Below, one piece after another: positions 58,694-64,000 of a stretch of DNA of 64,000 nucleotides. Numbering within the stretch: position 1 is the first letter of the stretch; each line of letters starts with the position of its first letter. This stretch comes from a plasmid. The translations under genes and the position numbers were made by a program. The stretch is from sequence record NZ_CP137560.1. One strand, written 5' to 3'. The notes under the pieces are model-generated. The model worked only from the letters and a program-made list of their open reading frames with translations. It did no database searches and had not been told where the DNA came from.

Positions 58694-58930
58694 CTATAAT
58701 TTCTTTGCGTTTTGATTTTCGTACTTGCCACTTACGAGACAAGCATAGCCATTTCTTTCGAACAAATTCATCTTTTCGCGAAGTCTCAAAGGAGATGCCG
58801 GCAACTTATGATCATAATCGGCTCTTAGCTCTTTTACAGCATCTGCCAAAGATATCCAGTCGAACTTATCTCCCATTAACGGCTGCCAATATATACCATG
58901 ATAATAAAGCTTTATACAACATCTCAGCAT
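58694..58930 (-). pseudogene. frameshifted fragment homologous to transposase residues about 125-200
   Basis: CIKLY... and DKFDWISLADAVKELRADYDHKLPASPLRLREKMNLFERNGYACLVSGKYENQNAKKL align with the transposase segment ERYDWDMMASTIKILKETYHHTLPESTLRFRKKVNEYKAGGYGVLISGKFGNQNTRKV. Confidence 0.5.
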
Positions 58931-59007
58931 TGACGCATTTGCTATGCATCTCGCCTTCGCTTCAACTGTCAGGTCCTTATCGAAAAAGAACTCAGAAGCT
59001 TTAGAGT

Positions 59008-59265
59008 CTATGCAAAGGTTTTCCTTAAGCCATTTTTTATTCTAAGCATATTGCCGCTTGGAATAACCGCTTCTAGTTTAAGGCGATACTTTACAGGTAG
59101 GCTATCAACTTCAACGAGAGCTGTATTTCCTTTTGCGCCACCGCCTCGACGTACCACGTTAATGCGGTTTCTTGTAGCCATCTTTTTGTAATTAGCCGGA
59201 CTCATAATGCCCGCCTCACAAAGTTCTGACACAGATATGCAAAGTGTATTGCCGTAATATTCCAT
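59008..59265 (-). CDS. paralog of the MuA N-terminal DNA-binding domain (85 aa); candidate transposition regulator or remnant of a partial duplication
   Basis: MEYYGNTLCISVSELCEAGIMS...NVVRRGGGAKGNTALVEVDSLPVKYR aligns with the transposase N-terminus MEYYGNTLCISATELVGTGIMS...NVVRRGGGASGCTALIAVDSLPTKYR. The first 45 nt around the start are nearly identical at nucleotide level. Confidence 0.5.
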   Translation of the reverse strand: MEYYGNTLCISVSELCEAGIMSPANYKKMATRNRINVVRRGGGAKGNTALVEVDSLPVKYRLKLEAVIPSGNMLRIKNGLRKTFA

Positions 59266-59380
59266 AACTATAACCTTTCTTTATTCTTCACTGGTGAAAT
59301 AATCCCAGTTTCTACCCATACAGATGCCTACAGAGAGACATACGATGACTGTAATCAGATACCAAGTAATGTCCATAACT

Positions 59381-59827
59381 CTATCCTCCAACTCTAAATC
59401 CACGTTCCAGACGTTCTCTCATGCCAGGATTGCCGATGATTTCGGCATCCTTCTGCTTCCACCTTGCTGCCATGATCTGAAGCGACGGCATCTCTCGGAC
59501 CAAGACATTGTCCGCAGATACCATTTCCTTACCCTTGAAGAAGATGGTAGCATTACCCGTCTTCTTGTCGAACTCCAGTACCGCTCCGTTGGAGAAGTAT
59601 TGTCTGAAGCTTCCTTCATGGTCGAAAAGCAAGGTATCACCCTTTTCGGCAACCACCGTCTCCACGCCACCGTTGATTTTGGCGTACTGGCGGATACGCT
59701 TTGCCTTGTCGCTCATGCCCCGCTTGGGGTCGAAGGTGAGAGCAAGCCAGATAGCTTGGTCTGACACCTTGAAGGTCTTGCGTATTCCTTCGCGTACCTT
59801 CGTGCTTACGTCTATTGCTCTTTTCAT
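59381..59827 (-). CDS. hypothetical protein, first gene of the early operon (148 aa)
   Basis: ORF at the Ner-equivalent position. No HTH recognised. Confidence 0.4.
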   Translation of the reverse strand: MKRAIDVSTKVREGIRKTFKVSDQAIWLALTFDPKRGMSDKAKRIRQYAKINGGVETVVAEKGDTLLFDHEGSFRQYFSNGAVLEFDKKTGNATIFFKGKEMVSADNVLVREMPSLQIMAARWKQKDAEIIGNPGMRERLERGFRVGG

Positions 59828-59854
59828 ATTCTAACAATATTATAATCCTTTTCT

Positions 59855-59885
59855 AATGGTGGAGGAAGGCGGAGTCGAACCGCCT
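59855..59885 (-). other. tRNA-like 3-prime fragment (T-arm, acceptor 3-prime strand and CCA)
   Basis: Minus strand reads GGCGG-TTCGACT-CCGCC-TTCCTCC-A-CCA. No complementary 5-prime acceptor strand, D-arm or anticodon arm could be found upstream. Confidence 0.3.
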
Positions 59886-60588
59886 TTCTGGCAAATCTTA
59901 CTATGCAGTTATCATGTAAGCTTATCCGTGCCTTTAATCCATTTTCGCTCACTCCGTGCGTCCTGCATTCCAACTACCTCCAAGTTGCCGGGATACGTTG
60001 CCCGGCTCGTTGTTAATCCTGATTCTTTCTACCTTATAAAAACTAAACTTATGGCAAACATTAAGTATTTTTCGCTCAAAATGCTTATCTTTGCATCGAA
60101 ATACATGTTTCACTAAAAATATATATAGCTTATGACAACAAATGAAATGATCCTCCAGGCACAGATTACTAGCCTGCGCCGCGTTGCAGATGTTCTTCTT
60201 CTTCATTTCTGGTCCGATGCGGAGAACAAGACTCAGCTTATCTGGTTCTCTCGCTATTTAAACTACAAATACGAGAGAGATATTCTTGCTTCTTCTGACT
60301 TCGGGCTAACCGATTCAGGACAGCAGCCTGAGCTTCTTGCTCGCAGACGTTACCATTTGCAGGTTCTGATGGACATTGCTTATCTGCAAGGTAATCTTGG
60401 AGAATTGAACATAGTTCGTCGAATTGCTCCTCAAGACGCTGCACTCGCAAATAAAGTTTTTGAGAGCTACGATGGTTTCGACGAATCGCTTTTCCGTGCG
60501 ATTGACGAAATTGACAAATAGACTTTTTCATCTTAATCTCTTTTTATCAGGAGGAGAACCTATCATTCTCCTCCCTTTGTTAAACACT

Positions 60589-60795
60589 CTATTTCTTCTC
60601 AACCTTGTAGCCCTTACCTCGAAGGTAAGTCGCTACATACTCATCATCGCCCACATCTTCGAGCACATCGAAGAGATACCCCTTCACATATTCAGCAACT
60701 GCGCTTGATGATGCAAGCTCGATGTTCTTGGAGATAAACTCCACTTTCTTTGTTCTACCAAGGCCATTGAAGGCCTTCTCTACATTTTCCATCAT
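60589..60795 (-). CDS. hypothetical small protein (68 aa), divergent from the repressor gene (Cro/Ner-like position)
   Basis: ORF. Separated from the repressor gene by 158 bp that contain palindromes. Confidence 0.3.
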   Translation of the reverse strand: MMENVEKAFNGLGRTKKVEFISKNIELASSSAVAEYVKGYLFDVLEDVGDDEYVATYLRGKGYKVEKK

Positions 60796-60852
60796 TATAA
60801 CTTTTTAAGTTCATAAATTTGCCCAGCTCGCGCTTTTTTAGTATCTTTGGCG

Positions 60853-60873
60853 CGGTGTTTATCTTAAACACGG
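60853..60873. promoter_or_regulatory. near-perfect palindrome CGGTGTTTA-tct-TAAACACGG in the divergent promoter region; candidate operator
   Basis: 9-bp arms with one mismatch. Confidence 0.3.
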
Positions 60874-60953
60874 TGCAAAGATAAGCAATTTGCGAATAAC
60901 TACCAAATTTTTTGGGAATTATTTTCGCATTTTGAATAAAATAATATCGCAAT

Positions 60954-61691
60954 ATGGATAAAAAAGGCATTTTAGAGGCATTGATCGCCCATTATACAGG
61001 TGGTAATAAGTCGCAATTTGCGAAAATGTTAGGTGTTAAACCCCAAACGATTAATACCTGGGATTCTCGCAGTACCTTTGATATTGAGTTAATATACTCA
61101 AAGTGCGAACATATTTCAGCAGATTGGCTCTTGACAGGCGAAGGACCAATGCTCAAAACGAGTACTTCCGGCGCTGATGAAGCACTATGTCCTGAAGAAA
61201 AGGAGAGAAAAACGGAGAAAAATGGAGAAAAACAGAGAAGACCAGAGAAAAATAGAGAATATTCTTCTCGAATCCATAAGCTGCCGGAGGGAAGCATTGA
61301 GGGAATTCCACTCATACCAGCTAGCGCAATGGCAGGAGCATTCACTTCCGACGTGTCTATAATGGAGTACGAATGCGAGCACTATATCATACCAGACTTC
61401 AAGGGCGCCGACTTCCTTATCAGGGTAAAAGGCGACTCTATGCAGCCTACATACTACTCTGGCGACCTCGTGGCTTGTCAGAAGATACCGATGAACGACG
61501 TCTTCTTCCAATGGAACAAAACCTATGTTCTCGACACCAACCAGGGACCAATCATCAAGCGAGTACTACCGGGCAAGGATGATGATCATATCTGCATCGT
61601 CTCTGATAACGAGAAATACCCACCATTCGAGTTGGAGAAGTCATATCTCCACGCCATCGCCCTCGTTAGGGGCATCATCCGTCTGGAGTAA
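60954..61691 (+). CDS. CI/LexA-like repressor: XRE-type HTH plus S24 peptidase
   Basis: N-terminal HTH (KSQFAKMLGVKPQTINTWDS). C-terminal S24 motifs GDSMQP (Ser nucleophile) and IIKRV (Lys). Confidence 0.8.
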   Translation: MDKKGILEALIAHYTGGNKSQFAKMLGVKPQTINTWDSRSTFDIELIYSKCEHISADWLLTGEGPMLKTSTSGADEALCPEEKERKTEKNGEKQRRPEKNREYSSRIHKLPEGSIEGIPLIPASAMAGAFTSDVSIMEYECEHYIIPDFKGADFLIRVKGDSMQPTYYSGDLVACQKIPMNDVFFQWNKTYVLDTNQGPIIKRVLPGKDDDHICIVSDNEKYPPFELEKSYLHAIALVRGIIRLE

Positions 61692-61950
61692 CCCCGTTTC
61701 ATACCCACCTCCAGGATGCGTATCATTTTCCCGGCTCTGGGAAGATGGTACACCCCCAAAAAGTACCCCCAGAGTGTTCCCCCTCCCCCTGGAAGGCGCT
61801 AAAATAGGCTTAAAAGCCCCTATATACTATATATAATAAGGTGTAAGCGCTAAAAACCGAAGTTCAAAAAGGGTATGTTTCCTGCACATAAAGTGGCAAA
61901 AGTGGTAGTTTTCCTACCCAAGCTATCGTTATGCCGTTTTACCCACTTTT

Positions 61951-62007
61951 GCAAGTCCAGTTTTTGAAAAATGCAAGTCCAGTTTGCAAGTCCACCTGCA
62001 AGTCCAC
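61951..62007. repeat. four tandem-ish copies of GCAAGTCCA near the right end of the prophage
   Basis: Copies at 61951, 61973, 61986 and 61999. Confidence 0.4.
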
Positions 62008-62032
62008 TACCCAAAAATGGCCATTTCGGGCA

Positions 62033-62059
62033 CAAAAAAGGGGAGCCGTAAAGCTCCCC
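62033..62059 (-). terminator. rho-independent terminator on the minus strand (GGGGAGC-tttacg-GCTCCCC followed by TTTTTTGTG)
   Basis: 7-bp GC stem. The U-tract lies on the minus strand (A7 on the + strand at 62034-62040). Confidence 0.5.
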
Positions 62060-62160
62060 GAATAACCCAAAATAATCCCAAAAATACCCCCAAAATCATC
62101 CCCGGCTTATAACATCATTCGAACACCGTCCGAATACCCTGTAATTTGCGTTCTAAGCCC

Positions 62161-62406
62161 TCATTCTTCCTCAGCTGATACATCACCCATTCGACCACCC
62201 GAAATGAGCGTAGATTGCTTTATTATAGCGCGTTTCGTGCATACTGTCCCGTTTCCTCCAAGCCCTGCGTGGAGCAGATATCCCTTGGTTGCACCCACCT
62301 CTTCAGCCGTCAGCACGGTATATACGGCCGAGATGGAACTGAAATAGAAGTCTTTCCGTCCTTCATGCTTGCCCACCAACAGGTGGACGTGTACTACTTT
62401 TGCCAT
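62161..62406 (-). CDS. hypothetical small protein (81 aa), own transcription unit bracketed by two terminators
   Basis: ORF MAKVVHVHLLVGKHEGRKDFYF.... An upstream -7-like TATATTTG is present. Confidence 0.35.
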   Translation of the reverse strand: MAKVVHVHLLVGKHEGRKDFYFSSISAVYTVLTAEEVGATKGYLLHAGLGGNGTVCTKRAIIKQSTLISGGRMGDVSAEEE

Positions 62407-62554
62407 TTCTTATCGTTTAAAGTTCCACATCGGGAGCCATGCATCATCTAAGCGCATCGCCCTCGTTATCGGTTGCAAATATACCAAATATTTATTATTT
62501 GGAATGTTTTTGCGTCTTAAATATTCCTAAACCCCTTATTTTTCCACACCATAA

Positions 62555-62583
62555 GGCACAAAAAAAGCGGCTCACAGCCGCCC
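62555..62583 (-). terminator. rho-independent terminator on the minus strand (GCGGCT-gtga-AGCCGC followed by T7)
   Basis: The + strand has A7 at 62560-62566 and then GCGGCTcacaGCCGC. Confidence 0.45.
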
Positions 62584-62704
62584 CGTATCATCATTAAGCC
62601 CTCACGCTCTTACAATCTTTCCTGCATCATCAACCCCCACACAGTCCGCCCCGGTACCTCAGATCCTCAAACAGGTCATTTACCCCATGTTAACCCCATG
62701 TTAA

Positions 62705-62791
62705 CCTAATGTAAACTTTCGCCCTATCTTTTCCACCTCCAGGCACTCCAAAATTAAACCAAAATTAAAGCTATGTAAACGTTTCGTTTTG
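62705..62791. repeat. right-end subterminal transposase-binding sites, inverted relative to the left end
   Basis: Read from outside inward: GCAAAACGAAACGTTTACATAG, ending at 62791, and a second site GGGCGAAAGTTTACATTAG at 62707-62725. Confidence 0.5.
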
Positions 62792-62838
62792 CACCCTCTT
62801 TTCCTCTCTATCTCTGTAACTCTCTGTTATTCATCGTC

Positions 62839-63600
62839 TTACCTCATTTTTCCTCTCATTCTTTTATATACGCTTCGTTTTGTGCCCTTTATCTTCTTCA
62901 ATACTGCAATATTACGATACCCTTTCTTGAAATTGCAACTTCTGTCTAGAAGCAGCGCAGGCTTTAACTCCAATGTTTGGCTATTAGTGGCCTTCTGCTG
63001 CTTCTTGTCCATGAGTTTAAAGCGCAGCTCGTCAATCTCGAATGGAAGATTTGTTTGATTTTCTACCGAGAAATCAACAAAGATATATTCGCCAACCACG
63101 TAAATGTTGTTAAGGCGCATCAGCATCTTGTTATGTTTAGTGAATGTACTTCTATATCTTGCTGGTGAGTTCCATACCTTCATGGCATAAGACACCATAT
63201 CAGTTGTGGACATGGAGACCTCAGGGTTATGGAAGGCGTTGCGCTCAATCAGTTCTACCTCTTTGTCCGTAACAGCCTCTTGCAGTTTACTTGTGTAAAC
63301 AAGGGCGTATTGAACTCTGTAGCGTTCCGTTATAATGGTAACAATCCCCATGAGCTCGCCATCTTTGTGATAACTTGAGGTAGGCTTGAGGCGTATGACA
63401 TTTTCCAGAGGCTTATCACCCACAATGGAGTCTGTAGAGATGTCCACCAGGCGAATTGGCTCAGAGGCCGTGATAATAGTGGATACATGCTCATTCACTG
63501 TAATTTGCTCCATGTCATAACTGGTTTTCTGTGCTTGTGCCGTAGCCACCGAAAGGCATGCAAACAGCAATGCCCATGCTTTATTCTTCAATTTTTTCAT
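62839..63600 (-). CDS. secreted protein, possibly TraN-like (DUF4138) conjugative transposon protein
   Basis: Signal peptide, 253 aa. Positioned after a TraM-like partial gene. Assignment is from memory of the family pattern only. Confidence 0.35.
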   Translation of the reverse strand: MKKLKNKAWALLFACLSVATAQAQKTSYDMEQITVNEHVSTIITASEPIRLVDISTDSIVGDKPLENVIRLKPTSSYHKDGELMGIVTIITERYRVQYALVYTSKLQEAVTDKEVELIERNAFHNPEVSMSTTDMVSYAMKVWNSPARYRSTFTKHNKMLMRLNNIYVVGEYIFVDFSVENQTNLPFEIDELRFKLMDKKQQKATNSQTLELKPALLLDRSCNFKKGYRNIAVLKKIKGTKRSVYKRMRGKMR

Positions 63601-63677
63601 ATTGTTCTACTTTATAATATGCGACAGAATCGATATCTTGTCGCAATTGATTTCAATTGATTTATAATTTTGTCGTA

Positions 63678-64000
63678 TTATTTATGAGATGAGTCTATCA
63701 AGTAAACCTTGGTACCATACTTGAGACGGATTCGGTTCTTCTTGATTCCCTTTCCCAGGGCACTCATGGCTTTTTGGGTAGCGTTAGACATAGCTTGGCT
63801 TGCCCAACTCTTGATACCAGCGCCTCCAGTACTGGATTCCGTCAGATTACTTCCCTGGGTGGCAGACGAGGCTATGTCCTTGGTTGTTTCACGAAAGTTA
63901 CTTTGTGGAACATAAAGTCCTTCCAATCCATCAGTATCATAAATGTTCAAGCTCACCCTATGAATCTCTTCTTCGAAGAAGATGTTTTCTACCTTTCCCT
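63678..64000 (-). CDS. partial gene (3-prime part) of the upstream operon protein, possibly TraM-like
   Basis: The open frame runs to the window edge. Only its last 92 residues are visible, as ORF 63678..63956. Confidence 0.25.
   Translation of the reverse strand, partial: GKVENIFFEEEIHRVSLNIYDTDGLEGLYVPQSNFRETTKDIASSATQGSNLTESSTGGAGIKSWASQAMSNATQKAMSALGKGIKKNRIRLKYGTKVYLIDSSHK

Larger units (their letters stand above)
24003..62791. mobile_element. Mu-like transposable prophage, about 38.8 kb, DGR-carrying (Bacteroides Hankyphage-like class)
   Basis: MuA-like transposase and MuB-like ATPase at one end, lysis genes at the other. Head module has Mu-type terminase, gp29-like portal and MuF. 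A Mu G-like morphogenesis protein and a Mor/C-like activator are present. Both ends carry matching subterminal repeats in inverted orientation. GC content is clearly higher than the flanks, and the element interrupts a CTn operon. Confidence 0.7.

Noticed and set aside
59855-59980. Possible intact tRNA or tmRNA gene on the minus strand
   Set aside because: Only the T-arm, acceptor 3-prime strand and CCA are convincing. No complementary 5-prime acceptor strand (GGAGGAA) was found within 95 nt, and no tmRNA-like 5-prime end within about 400 nt. Kept only as a tRNA-like fragment.
60132-60531. Overlapping ORFs 60132..60521 (+) and 60238..60531 (-) in the immunity region
   Set aside because: Mutually exclusive, and neither has a recognisable motif. 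Strand cannot be resolved from sequence, so neither was called.
23998-62797. 5-bp target-site duplication flanking the Mu-like element
   Set aside because: The bases immediately outside the inferred termini (aatcc at 23998-24002 and accct at 62792-62796) do not match. The duplication is either decayed or the termini are a few bp off, so none was claimed.

Overview
The window contains two nested mobile elements. The flanks (about 1-24.0 kb and 62.8-64 kb) are AT-rich Bacteroidales-type DNA that looks like part of a conjugative transposon (CTn). Its genes include an ArdC-like giant protein, a glucosaminidase+M23 peptidoglycan hydrolase, a second M23 peptidase and a DUF1566-like lipoprotein. They sit in a tightly packed minus-strand operon that carries on, right of the insertion, as TraN/TraM-like genes. 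A DUF262 (ParB-like nuclease) defence-candidate gene and an AAA ATPase (DUF4143) lie further left. Inserted into this operon is a roughly 38.8 kb, GC-richer Mu-like transposable prophage (about 24003-62791). Its ends carry repeated AAAACGAAAYG-type subterminal sites in inverted orientation. The early region, on the minus strand, has a MuA-like DDE transposase, a MuB-like ATPase, a Mor/C-like activator and a CI/LexA-like HTH+S24 repressor transcribed divergently. The head module has a small terminase, a large terminase, a Mu gp29-like portal and a MuF-like protein with an AT-rich C-terminal extension. The tail module has a tube protein, a G/GT chaperone pair with an A9 slippery run, a tape measure protein, a 906-aa tail protein, a 1754-aa fibre-like protein and a 585-aa DGR target. 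The lysis module has an amidase and small membrane proteins. The prophage also encodes a Bacteroidales HU-like protein. The most striking system is a complete diversity-generating retroelement (DGR). It comprises an RT with the DGR-type IGxxxSQ and YVDD motifs, an Avd, and a 92-bp TR. The matching VR sits at the 3-prime end of the tail-fibre-like target gene. All 8 TR/VR mismatches fall on template adenines. Other notable points are a degenerate partial duplication of the transposase 5-prime region whose initiation segment is conserved at nucleotide level, a tRNA-like 3-prime fragment in the early control region, terminator-insulated moron ORFs at the right end, and repeated intergenic motifs likely to be late-promoter elements. 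All calls rest on reading the sequence and recalling family motifs; no database search was possible.
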